From assembly GCA_951406725.2 (NCBI GenBank), contig CATOCA020000001.1, positions 1,302,001 through 1,366,000 on the forward strand: 64,000 nucleotides of DNA. Reading direction: 5' to 3'. The position numbers were made by a program, and so were the translations under genes. The notes under the pieces are model-generated. The model was not told where the DNA came from and ran no database searches. It was given only the letters and a program-made list of their open reading frames with translations. Positions 46,055 through 57,156 of this stretch are shown piece by piece; position 1 is the first letter of the stretch, and the number at the start of each line of letters is the position of its first letter. Origin of the DNA: Octopus vulgaris. Its lineage: Eukaryota.

Positions 46055-49000
46055 TTATGTTGTATCTTTCACTCGCAACTTTCGTGCTACATCTTTCCAT
46101 CGTTCTTCATACACTCTCCTAGTCAGGCATATTCTCTCCAGCCCTATCTTCCTTTTCAGGTGAAAGATGAAATAATTCATCAAACCAGGGCCGGAGATGA
46201 ACTTGCCTGACTGTAAACCTTTCATTCTCGTCTTCCATATCACCTCTTTCGCAATTGCTACTACAACGAGAAAACGAAACTTACCTTCATTCACGAGGAA
46301 ATCCGGTGGGTCAATTTTTGTAATCGACTCAGTCGACAGCTGTACTCTTCGTGTACTTGACAACAGCTGTTCGGCATAAACCCACACCTCAGACACGTCC
46401 GGACAATGAACAATAGCGTGCGAGACGGTTTCCCTATCCCGCCCGCATCTTGGACATATCGGACTGTCTTGGCCACCGTGCCTTGCGAGTTTATCCCGAA
46501 CAGGTAGAGCTCCTCTGTAGCATTGCCATGCCAGAGACTTCTGGAAGTTGTCCAGTGTCTTCGGCTTGAACGTACGTCGGAACAGACTGGCCAGCTGATT
46601 ATCGTCGAGACCTAGGGCTTCTCCCAAGGTATCTTCACATTCCGCCTCTACCAACCCTCTATAGAAGAATGTGGTGGAACACCCACCGCAGGCGTTGCCC
46701 GAGCGACGGAATAGCAGGAGAGCCTTGCGACACTCCGTGTACCAAGTACCAAGTTTCGATCTACGATTCAGCCAGGTTTCCCATCCACCGAAACTAGTGA
46801 ACTTGGGAAACATCAGTTTTGCTAGCGAAGACCACACCCGTTCACCATCCAGGTAGAGCCACAGATGTCTTAACCTCAGCGCATGTCTGCGCATCATCAG
46901 CCAAGGCATCCCTAGCCCACCCTTTAACGGTTGTTGACAGCAAGTAGAGCGCTTCACAAGTGGTTTCCCGCCCTTCCACAAGAAGTAGAAGAGCTGTCTT
47001 TCCAACTTGATCAACCACGAATCAAGGCAAGGAACGACGGAAAGGCGGTAGGTGATAACCGATGCGATAAACACATTGGCCACCTCCGCCCTCCCTTTCA
47101 GGGATAGCCACCGCCAAGACCAGGTCTTGGCTACTGCAGCCACCTTGCTCGTTACCTCGCCCCAATTCTTCTCTATTTGGAGGTCTGGACTGAACCAGAC
47201 CCCTAGCAGTTTAATAGGACCCTCCGTCCAACGTCCCACGATGCTGTCAGGAGGCATCGACTTGCCTCTCCAGGTGCCGAGTTGCAAGCCGACTGACTTT
47301 TCGCGATTAACTTTTGCACCTGTCACCGTCTCGTAAACCTCTATGGCCTTGCCTACTTTACATAGGTGGTCCATTTCGGTTACGATAATGGTGATGTCAT
47401 CCGCGTACGCTGACACTGATTTTCCATTACCTGGCTGTCTCGGGATGCCGCTCAGTTTTCGCAGTAATGGCTCAAGAGCCATCACGTACAAAAGCGGGGA
47501 GAGCGGACACCCTTGACGAACCGAGCGTTTGATTTTGAACGGCTTCGACAAGAAGCCGTTCACCCGAACTACCGAGTCGATGTTATCATAAATTTGGATA
47601 ATCCACCTGAGGAAGCCAAGGCTCAGCCCGAACTGTGCCAGGGCAGATACCAGGTAATGATGGTCGACCCTATCAAAAGCTTTAGATTGGTCTAAATGGA
47701 CCAGTGCCCCACCCTTGCCAGAATCACTATTAAACCCCTCTATAGTGTACCGCATTAGATGGAGATTATCCTGAATGGATCTGCCCGGAACGGCACATGT
47801 CTGTGCCTCTCCGATCAGACCATCCGCGACACGCGCCAATCTTTTCGATAACACTTTGGCCAAAATCTTCAACTCTGTGTTTAGCAGAGTGATGGGCCTG
47901 AAATTATCAATGCACTCCCCCTTGCTCGGGTCCTTTCTGACGAGAGTCACTACTCCCCGGCGCACAAATCTGGGTATAAGCCCGTTCTGCTGCCAGTTCG
48001 CATAGACCTCCGCCAGTAGGTGCCCGAACAAGTCTGGCATACTCTTATATAACTCATAGGGTAGACCATCCAAACCCGGCGCCTTGCCCGCGCCGCAGTC
48101 CGCCATTGCCTCAACCACCTCCTCAGGCGTGATTGGCCCTTCACAGCCCTCCGCATCTCGCCCCGATAAGCGCGGCAGCCCGTCAAGTAGGTCCGTAAAG
48201 GCCCTCCTCCTATCCAGTCCGCCGCACTCACCGAAAAGCTGAGCGAAGTGCTCCTGAAAGGCCTCACACATCTCCTCGGGTTCGTTTATCAACTCACCTT
48301 GTTGGTTCGTCAAAGATCGAATCGTGGCATCGTTACCATGCTGAGCTTCCACCACTCGGGCCCATCTCACGGCGTTGATTCCTTCACATCCCATATGGCG
48401 GATTCTAGCCCTGACAATGCAGCCCATGTGTTTGGCCTCGAGGTGCTGGTTTAACACCAGTCTCTTGGACGCCACCTGAGCCGCAGAGCCAGTTTTCATG
48501 GCTTCCTCTAATTCCTTAACTAGAGTAGTTTCCCTTCTAGCCTCTCTAGCCACTACTCCTATGCTATATCTAATAGACTCAAACTTGATGGCTCGTTTGA
48601 GGGCGTACCACCATTTGTTATTAATGATGGTACTAGATAGTGCCCTCTGAATTATATTCCTAATCCGGTCTTTGTACTCCTTAATCGCCAAAAGGGACGT
48701 ATTAAGTTTCCAGTAACCGGATCCTCTATTTTTAACCTTATCTATGTCAAGCTTACAAGTGACCATTTTATGATCACTGTAGCTGATCGGGTAAAACTGT
48801 GGACACTTAGCTATTTTACTGTCTACTTTTCTAATTAGTATTCTATCTAAATATGACCTGGAAGATCCGTCGCTGTTTGACCATGTCCACAATGGAGCGT
48901 TCGGAAATTCCAGCCTATAAGGATCTGCTAGCTCAAAGCGGCTTAGCAGTTCCATGAAGCCACTGTTACCTTTTCTATCTGGACGCGAGCCAACACAATC

Positions 49001-49450
49001 TACATCCGCTTTGCAAATTGTGTTAAAGTCTCCTAGCACCACTAATGAATGCGAAGTACCAAGAAAGTTTTCTAGTTCACGAAAATAATCACTTTGCCCT
49101 GTATGGTTGGGTGCGTAAATTGCAACCAGTCTGATAACTTTACCATTACTGAACGTCAAATCCATGATGACCAGCCTACCTTCTGGATCTGCAAAAATTA
49201 ACTTTTTCTCAGAAACCCGGTTTCTTTTTAATAGGACCAACACCCCACTCCCGCCTGTAGGACTGCCAGGAGAGACAAAACTCTCGTAGCCGTCAAACAG
49301 CGAGAGTAGACCTCTTGGCCCCTCTAACCGGGTTTCTGTAGCAACAATAACATCTAAATTACGCGACCTGATATCATGCAGGAAGCGACCTTGCTTCCAG
49401 CCTGCTCCCAGGCCGCGCACATTCAAACAACCAACATAAATGTAATCCAT
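46055..49450 (-). CDS. Tx1-like ORF2, intact 1131 aa (APE EN + RT + C-terminal CCHC)
   Basis: LNVRGL, TET, IYAPN, GDFN, SYLDR, SDH, YWKLN, KAPGLDGLP, FRPITLLN, DQSKAFD, RQGCPLSP, YADD, CPRC..ETVSH...C. Confidence 0.97.
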   Translation of the reverse strand: MDYIYVGCLNVRGLGAGWKQGRFLHDIRSRNLDVIVATETRLEGPRGLLSLFDGYESFVSPGSPTGGSGVLVLLKRNRVSEKKLIFADPEGRLVIMDLTFSNGKVIRLVAIYAPNHTGQSDYFRELENFLGTSHSLVVLGDFNTICKADVDCVGSRPDRKGNSGFMELLSRFELADPYRLEFPNAPLWTWSNSDGSSRSYLDRILIRKVDSKIAKCPQFYPISYSDHKMVTCKLDIDKVKNRGSGYWKLNTSLLAIKEYKDRIRNIIQRALSSTIINNKWWYALKRAIKFESIRYSIGVVAREARRETTLVKELEEAMKTGSAAQVASKRLVLNQHLEAKHMGCIVRARIRHMGCEGINAVRWARVVEAQHGNDATIRSLTNQQGELINEPEEMCEAFQEHFAQLFGECGGLDRRRAFTDLLDGLPRLSGRDAEGCEGPITPEEVVEAMADCGAGKAPGLDGLPYELYKSMPDLFGHLLAEVYANWQQNGLIPRFVRRGVVTLVRKDPSKGECIDNFRPITLLNTELKILAKVLSKRLARVADGLIGEAQTCAVPGRSIQDNLHLMRYTIEGFNSDSGKGGALVHLDQSKAFDRVDHHYLVSALAQFGLSLGFLRWIIQIYDNIDSVVRVNGFLSKPFKIKRSVRQGCPLSPLLYVMALEPLLRKLSGIPRQPGNGKSVSAYADDITIIVTEMDHLCKVGKAIEVYETVTGAKVNREKSVGLQLGTWRGKSMPPDSIVGRWTEGPIKLLGVWFSPDLQIEKNWGEVTSKVAAVAKTWSWRWLSLKGRAEVANVFIASVITYRLSVVPCLDSWLIKLERQLFYFLWKGGKPLVKRSTCCQQPLKGGLGMPWLMMRRHALRLRHLWLYLDGERVWSSLAKLMFPKFTSFGGWETWLNRRSKLGTWYTECRKALLLFRRSGNACGGCSTTFFYRGLVEAECEDTLGEALGLDDNQLASLFRRTFKPKTLDNFQKSLAWQCYRGALPVRDKLARHGGQDSPICPRCGRDRETVSHAIVHCPDVSEVWVYAEQLLSSTRRVQLSTESITKIDPPDFLVNEGKFRFLVVVAIAKEVIWKTRMKGLQSGKFISGPGLMNYFIFHLKRKIGLERICLTRRVYEERWKDVARKLRVKDTT

Positions 49451-49459
49451 TACTTACCC

Positions 49460-50810
49460 CTATATCAGTGGTTCGACTTGTTCGACTTGTTTTTCGTCGT
49501 CTTCACTTTTATTTTTTTCCTTGGCTCGTGGGGGAGTCCGACGCAGGCCCTCGTATAGATATGGAGACATGTCCAATCTCAGAGGGCCCACGTCGTGGAA
49601 GAATTCGGATTTTATCCGTCTGTAATCCTTCCGGCCTATTTTATAAACAATGCAGTCTTTTGTTTTTCTCACTCTTTCCACTTTTGCCATGGCTGCCAAA
49701 ACATTAACTAGTCTGTTATTGGTGGCCTTAATGGCCATAAATGAATTAGTTGCTTCCTTTCTCTTCTTCTGGTTCTCTTCCTGAGGGGTGGTTTCTGTTT
49801 TCCGTTTTTTTTTTGGTAACTTTTGACCACCCCTCCTCTTTTTCCTTTTCTACGCCACTTGTTGTTTCTACTACCTCTTTGGTTTCATGTGTTTTTTCTT
49901 CTGTTTTCTTTTCTGTTTTTTCCTTTTCCGGCGGTGCTTCTACCTGCGGTTTAGGTTGGCACTCTGCTCTTACGTGCCCCTTTTTACCGCAGCCGAAGCA
50001 CCTCGGCTTTCTTCCCTCCACGAACACTAGCACCCTCTCCTCCTCGCTGAGCCTCAATATCTCCGGTATTTCTTCTAGTGTTTGGACTTCGGCTTGGATC
50101 GCCATTGTGATGCATTGTCCTTGCCAAAATCCTTCCTCCTCTACTGTAGCCTGGAGGATAGTGATCTTGTCCTCCAGGCCTAGCATCACTGCCGCCACCA
50201 GGCATGTGGCGTCCGCTTCTGGCGGAATATTTTTCATTACTATTTTTGAGGTCCTTCTGCCTCTGTACAGGGGTAGAAGGACTATATTCCCTACTTTTTG
50301 AGGTTCGGTTGATAGCTTCTTTGCTATCTCCTCGGTCTTAAACCTCACCTCAACTGTTCCATACCTTCTGCCTCGGTTTATGTACGTTATATCTTTTCTT
50401 ATTGCCTTCAGACAATCCTCTATTTTTTTTTCCTCCACTTTTTGGATGCTTTTCGTCGTTATATTGTAGGTCTTGTAGATAATCCTTTTTCTTTCTATTT
50501 CTTCTTTCTTTCCGACGTCTGCTTCCACTGCTATTTCATTTCCTTCCTTTTTCAAAAGTACTTCATACTTTTCTAGGTTGCTCCTATCTGTGTTGATCCT
50601 TTTTTGTTTTCGACCTGCGACTTCCGCGAACTACTTCGCTGGGGCCTTTTCTGTTTCTGGCGTCACCGCCGGTTCTTTTTCCGGCGTCACCGCCGGTGAA
50701 CTTTCTTCACCTGAAGTTGGTGAACTTTCTTCACCTGAAATCGGTGAATATGAGATAGGAGTCTCCATCTCAAGCCTTTTCAATTGGCTTTCACAGCCTT
50801 CAAAAGACAT
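49460..50810 (-). pseudogene. Tx1-like ORF1 (gag-like, zinc knuckle) with one TAG and one +1 frameshift
   Basis: ATG at 50810 is in frame with ORF 49746-50555; TAG at 50631-50633 (K*FAEV); CFGCGKKGHVRAEC. Removing one A from the A10 run (49805-49814) joins it to ORF 49460-49738. Confidence 0.85.
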
Positions 50811-51087
50811 TTTGGCTTTGCAAGCCTTTTGTGTAGATTTTTAAATGTGTTCCACACAAAATGTCCCACAATTAATTCCCCCGCAGGGGGGGAACTAAAT
50901 ACGCAGCCTTCGCGCGAAGGCCACTGACAGTCTTATACAAAAGACACAATATATCAAAGCAACAGTAATTAAATCAACGAATCGGTATTAACAAAGTAGC
51001 AGCAAATGACAAACCAGACAGGCACTCGAATAAGTATTCCGTTGGTGACAATCTCAAAAATTGATTTCCTCCACCTGTTCAAATCTT

Positions 51088-52748
51088 GATTCTTTATTAC
51101 CCACAAGGGGCCAACGAAGAGGGGGACATTACAAGACATGGGGACATGGAACATCACAATTACATATATATGAGCAAAATGGAATATGAAAAATGATATA
51201 TGAGAGTGATACCGACGGCCCCATCCGCCAGCATCACTTATCTGTCCTTCTTCACCCATTTCCAATTAGTATTCCTGTTTTATCTATCACAACCTTCGTT
51301 TTTCTTTTAGCCCTCTCTATCCATTCCTCTTTCATTTCCACTGACTTCCAACACACACCCTCTTCCTCCAACCTTGTCGCCAATATACCCGTATCATCAC
51401 TATCCACAGCCGTGTAGCTCCAATCTTCGTGTTCGTACCACTTGGTTAACACCAGTTTTTTAACGTTTTGTATATCTTTCCCATGTATAACACATAAAAA
51501 ATGGGTCTTGGGACTTTCTTTGCTCTGTGTGTCTGTTTTTATTTTTCTTGTAGGCGGGGAGTGGGTGGAATTACTGTTTGCAGGGGAAGGATGGGACTCA
51601 AGGGTATGGGTGGTGTCGGGGTGGGTTGGGGCTTCGCACAGTTTTTCTTTTTCCTTCTTTTTCTCTTTGTTCCCCCTTCTTTCCACTCTTGTTGCATCTC
51701 CTCTTCTTCTGTCGTTTCCTTCTCTGTTTGTTTCTGTTTATTTTCTTCCTCTCCTGAGGCTTCCTCAACGCTTTCCTTTTCTTTTTTCCTTTGGTGGGGG
51801 AGGGCAGTAGGCTCTTATGTGACCCCTTTGGCCACACTTGTAGCACCTGGGCGCCCTACCCTCCACCCACACTCTCATAATAATATTTCCAGTTTTTATG
51901 CTGTCCGTAATCCTCTCTATAACATCCGCCTCCGTTTGAATGTTCATAACTAGTGTGGCACCTCTCACGCCTTCATACTTCATAATGGCGTGGAGGATGT
52001 CCACTTTATCTTCATTTCCTTTTATAACCGCAGCCGTTATTATTTCGCCCTCTAGGTGTGGAGGTATTCCCTCCACCCTAATTCTGGTTGTCCGCCTATT
52101 CAGATACGAGGGTAACAAGTAAAACTTTTCTGTACTCACCACCTTGGCTGCTACATTCCTGGCTGCTTTTTCACTTTTAAATTGCACCGTTACGGTTCCG
52201 TATTGTAATCCTTTTGTCATGTACACAATTTCCTCTCCTGTCTGCTTGAGAGCCTCTTCAATTGCTTCCATGTTAATTACTTCCATCTTTCTACCTCCAT
52301 TCATAAATACTTTATATTTAATGGTTCTACGATGGAACCAGTCTCCGCACCCTACTGGATGCAGCAGCTCAACTTCACCGTTCTCGTCCTCCTTCACAAA
52401 CTCCTGGAGGCCCGCCAACTTCGCCAGGTCTATCTCTCTTTCCGTTGACTTCTTCGTTACACCTGCGTAGGTGCCTTCCATCTTTTTCACCACCAACTCC
52501 TCCTCAGATGTCGATACTTCCGTCGAAATTTCAGAGTAAATTCTCCCTTCCATCTCCTCCGCTTGATGGAGGCGGCTCATAGTCGCCTCCGGCCGAAAAA
52601 CGGCCTCCCGAACCGAAAAAGTGTAACGCGCAGAACCAGTGAGACTCGAAACCGCATCAACTATGTTCAAAATTTTACAACAACAACCATTCACCTTTTG
52701 TTCTTTTTTCTTTTTACCGAATTTCACAGAGAGCAAAAAAACACGACC
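51088..52748 (-). mobile_element. ORF1-only non-autonomous Tx1-like element (element B)
   Basis: ORF1 homologue (TYAGV, YGTVTVQF, EGRAPRCYKCGQRGHIRAYC) with a frameshifted tail to 51252, then a ~165-nt UTR ending CCCCTTGTGGGTAATAAAG; no ORF2. Flanked by AAGATTGAAC and AAGATTTGAAC. Confidence 0.85.
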
Positions 52749-52900
52749 GTTCAATCTTCTTTTTCTCTACATTGTATACTTTATAGACAATAGTCTTATC
52801 TTTAATTTAATTTTCTGTTATCCATTTGGACTATTCCATTTCTGCACGCTAATTTTATTTTTATTTTATTCCCATTCATGTGAAACCACTTATTCAAGTT
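52749..52900 (-). pseudogene. Old Tx1-family ORF1 relic, upstream half (insertion host)
   Basis: 52800 to 52750 reads DKTIVYKVYNVEKKKIE, compared with RKRIIYKTYNITTKSIQ (A) and RRTIKYKVFMNGGRKME (B). Confidence 0.7.
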
Positions 52901-52919
52901 CAAGTCATTGATGCAATTT

Positions 52920-53428
52920 TATACCAATTGCTATTCTTATTTTTGTTATGTTACTTTAGTTTGATTTTCATTATTACTTACAACATATGATTCAATTGTT
53001 ATTATTATTTTTATTGTTAAAGTGAAAGTATCTGATATAAAATAGAGAAACGTTTTTGTTTCACTTTTAACACGTAATACTGAAATTGTGGAGAAGATAT
53101 GATATTGCTATGGGCTCGCTCTAGGCAAGAAGTTGAACATTTTCTTGCCCATGAAACTACGTGGACCCTAAGTAAGGCATGTGTAAAATTTGAAAGGAAT
53201 TGGTTGTGTAGTTCTCAAGTTTTAGGGAATCGTAGTGGAGAAGATATGATATTGCTATGGGCTCGCTCTAGGCAAGAAGTTGAACAATGTTTTTGCCGAT
53301 GACACTCCCCGGACCCTAAGTAAGACATGTGTAAAATTTGAATGAAATTGGTTACGTAGTTCTCAAGTTTTAGGGAAACGCACAGACAGACAGAGAGACA
53401 CACATTGTCAGTTTTATATATATAAAGA
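52920..53428 (-). mobile_element. Non-autonomous Helitron 5' part with internal ~147-bp tandem duplication
   Basis: Minus-strand A|TCTTTATATATATAAAACTGACAATGTGTG start; repeat units begin at 53088 and 53235. Confidence 0.65.
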
Positions 53429-53482
53429 TATATACCTTTCCGATGGGTATGAGTAAGTATTTCACTTATATCTCAAGTATTT

Positions 53483-53530
53483 GCCGCTGAAGAGGGGGAA
53501 ATTCAATGAATTAACCCCCAAATCGGACCA
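53483..53530 (+). ncRNA. Decayed hammerhead-like motif
   Basis: CTGAAGA-GGGG(GAAATTC/GAATTAA)CCCC-CAAA-TCGG; GAAA and stem I are mutated. Confidence 0.35.
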
Positions 53531-53699
53531 ATACGGTGATAATGAATTTTTTTTGAAATTTCTATCGGTTTGTTTCGAGACGCATAAATTATAATGGTTA
53601 TTTGACACTTTTTGTCTTTCTTACGGTATATTTGGCATTAGAATTTTTCTTTTGCCCTTATTTTGTAAATATAAAGATATATATATATATAATTCCTCT

Positions 53700-56600
53700 A
53701 CAAAATGAAGGAGAAGCATTACACCTTCAAGATTCAAGGTCAGTGTTATCACCGCATGGGAAGTCTTTACCCTCAGCCTACCAAGGAACCCAAGTTCTTT
53801 CAGATTTTCTTCATGGGTTGTTCAAACGCAGAAGGTATCCAACGGTGCAACAGAAATTCAGATGCTGACGCAGCAATTGTTGCTGAACTCCAACATATGC
53901 TTCATGCAACACACCCTCATGTCAACGAATTGAAGAATGCGTTGCAGCTTTTGGAAGCCCAACCTGAGCTAAAATTGATAATTAAAGCTGACAGGCGATC
54001 TGCTGGTGAGCACCCGCGACGTTTCAAGGCTCCAACCACCAACAAGGTTACAGCAATCATAGTCGGCGAAGAAAATGGCAAGAAAAGGGCTTTCAACAGG
54101 GTTACATGTACTGGTATTTACGGCTACCCAATTTACTGACGACGTGCCCCTGACTTTGGAGAAATTTCGGCGAAAAAAAAGGATAAAGGGCAAAGACATT
54201 GCCATCAACAACAGTATGGTTGTTCCCTACAGTCCTTTCTCCCTTAAAAACTTCAACACCCACATCAACGTTGAATCTTGTACCTCGATTAAAGGCATCA
54301 AGTACATATCCAAACATGTAAACAAGGGCAGCGACATGGCTGTTTTGGGTGAGCAGGATGAAGACACAGCCAACGATGAAATCCTTCAATACGTTATGGG
54401 CAGGTATATTTCGTGCAATATGGCGGCATGGCGCAATCTAGGTTTTGATATTCACCATTCCTCTGCAGCTGTTTTTGGCCTAGATGTACACTTAGAAAAT
54501 AGGCAACGTGTTTACTTCACTGAGGACACCGCCGCAAATGTACTCAAACAGCCACCGGAAACAACGCTTACAGGATTCTTTAAGTCGTGTACTTCCGATT
54601 CTTTGCGCAAACTCTACTTTATGACGATGTACCGTCCTACATCACTTGGACTAACAAAAAATGTCAAAGGCGGCGGCAGGGCGTGCGAATCGACAATGAG
54701 GTCGGTTAGGTAATCTACAAAGGAAACATGATCGGTCGTGTACACATTCTACACCCAAAGGATCAGGAGTGCTTTTTTGTGGATGATTCTGTTTCATATG
54801 AAAGGCCCAACATCATTTGCCCACGTCAGACCATTCGAAGGACAAATGTGTTGCACTTACAGGGAAGCTTGCTTGCGACGGGGACTACTCGAGGATGAGG
54901 GTCTCTGGAACACGGCATTGCAAGAGGCCTCTGAATGCAAGACACCAGAAGTAATGCGCCGAATATTTTGTCTCATCTATTCAGTAATGTGTCTAACCCT
55001 CTTCATTTCTGGGACACATTTAAAGATAGATTTTTCCGAAGACCATCTCCGACGACCTCAAGCCGAAGATCCAACGGCTGGATTCGACTTCAATAATGTC
55101 ACCTACAACACAGCACTCCTCGATTTGCAATCGCAACTGTAAGTTATGGGAGGAGTTGGCGTCCTCAGATTTCAGTCTGCCGTCTCCGCGGGACATTCCA
55201 AATGCTTTAGCTGCTGAGTATATGCGAGAGTTGAGCTACAACACGCAGGAAATGGTGGCGCAGGTTACTCAGGATGAGCCTAGACTTTTGGAAGTACAGA
55301 GAATTGAATACGATAGGTTCCTCACCAGTGGTAATTCCAACGAAGGACAACTTTATTTCTTGGATGCTCCCGGCAGAACCGCCAAAATTCTCCAGGAAAA
55401 TGGGATTGCCATAGCGGTTGCATCCAACGGCATCGCAGAAACTCTACTGCAAGGCGGTCGTACGGCACACTCTGCATTCAAATTACCACTAGACTTGACG
55501 AAACAGAGAAATCCAACTTGCAATGTTAGTCGTGGCTCAGCCATGGGGAATCTTCTCACTGAGTGCAGCCTTATCATTTGGGATGAGGCAGCCATTTGTC
55601 ATAAGGCAGCATTCGAGGCGCTCGAGCGGTTTCTTCAAGACCTGAGACGCAATATGAGAGTGATGGGTGGAGTGATTGTTCTGCTTGCTGGCAACTTCCG
55701 ACAAACTCTACCTGTCATTCCACGGGGGACACGAGCTGACGAGGTAAATGCTTCCAAAAAATCATCCTAGTTATGGCACCACAGAGAGAAAATTCGCCTG
55801 ACTACGAACATGAGAGTTCACGTGTTTGGCGACGAACATGCGGCCACATTCTCGGCGCAGCTTCTCAATGTTAGTAATGGAACTGTAGCTGGCGATACTG
55901 ATAGTTTCATCCATTTACCATTTGGTAACTTCGTGCCTAACGTAGATGATTTGATTTCTCCAGTTTTTCCTGACATTGCAAGCCAAAGCCTTCACACAAT
56001 TTGCCTACAAGGAATAGCAATGTTGGCGCCTCACAATAAAACAGTCGACGCTTTCAATAATAAACTTTTTGATCTGCTTCCTGGAGAAAAACTCTCCTTC
56101 AAGTCCCTTGACACGCATGAAAACCCGGAGGATATGACCGTTTTCACAACAGAATTTCTTAATTCCCAAACGCCCCCAGGACTTCCGCCTCACGAACTCC
56201 ATCTCAAGGATGTCGCGCCCATCATGCTGCTGCGGAATTTGGATGCTCCAATGTGTAACGGCACCCGGATGAGAATAAAAAATATATACTCCCGAGTTCT
56301 GCAGGAAACAATCTTGAATGGACCAGCCAATGTTCACGATGTTCTTATAACCCCAATGTCCCTCACTCCCTCCGATACGATCTACAAATTTAAGCGGCTG
56401 CAATTTCCTATCAAACTCTCCTTTGCAATGACATTAATCCCTATTTTTGTAAGCAGTTGTATCCATAAAAGTTTTCTTTGCAGAGAGCAGAAAGTGAAAG
56501 ATATGTGAAATGGACATGTGTGTGTGTGTGTGTGTGTGCGTACTTACGGATGTGTATGTGAGAGAGAAAAAGGGTGAGAAAGAGAGATAGTGTGAGTGAG

Positions 56601-57001
56601 TGAAGGCACAGGGTCAATCATTGCAAATGGTTGGTTTAAATCTCACAGAGCAAGTGTTCTCCCACGGTCAACTCTTCCTTGGATGCTCCCATGTTGGCAG
56701 CACACAAAGTCTAGACATTTGTACATCAGAAGGGAAAACGAGAAATGTGGCCTACAAGGAAGCGCTCCTCTGAAAAGATGGCATTTCTTCACATCTTTCA
56801 AATCACCCCAGGCATGTGCCGCCTCAAGAGCTTCGTAGTCGCCGTGCCAGCCAATGTAACTCAATGACACACACCTTTACTCACTCACACTATCTCTCTT
56901 TCTCACCCTCTTTCTCTCTCACATAGAAATGCCCAAGTATGCACACACACACACACATGTGCATTTCACATATCTTTCACTTTCTTCTCTCTGCAAAGAA
57001 A
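53700..57001 (+). mobile_element. Decayed Helitron Rep/helicase, copy 2 (duplicate of 14250-18310 lacking ~14511-15407)
   Basis: FKIQGQCYHRMGSL..PKFFQIFF; the same ORF fragments and frameshifts as copy 1 (e.g. 55096-55770 = 16394-17068). Confidence 0.93.
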
Positions 57002-57096
57002 ATTTCTTTGCAGATGTTTCTCATCAGTTGATATTTCAAAAAGCACCTCGCCCAATGAACTCGGTTCCACTCGGTTCGATTATAACGTATTTCGTT

Positions 57097-57153
<57 letters not shown>

Positions 57154-57156
<3 letters not shown>

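Larger units (their letters stand above)
45812..51046 (-). mobile_element. Full-length Tx1/L1-clade LINE (element A)
   Basis: 5' UTR with two hairpins, ORF1 with CCHC knuckle, intact ORF2, and 3' UTR ending CCCCTTGTGGGTAATAA. The 5' boundary is approximate (50930-51050). Confidence 0.92.

Noticed and set aside
49750-52470. Plus-strand hydrophobic ORFs (49750-50301, 51442-51953, 52144-52470)
   Set aside because: Antisense shadows of the Lys/Glu-rich Tx1 ORF1 sequences.
53088-53380. Direct repeats as a CRISPR-like array
   Set aside because: Only two ~147-bp units inside a Helitron, with no spacers or cas genes, in a eukaryotic context.
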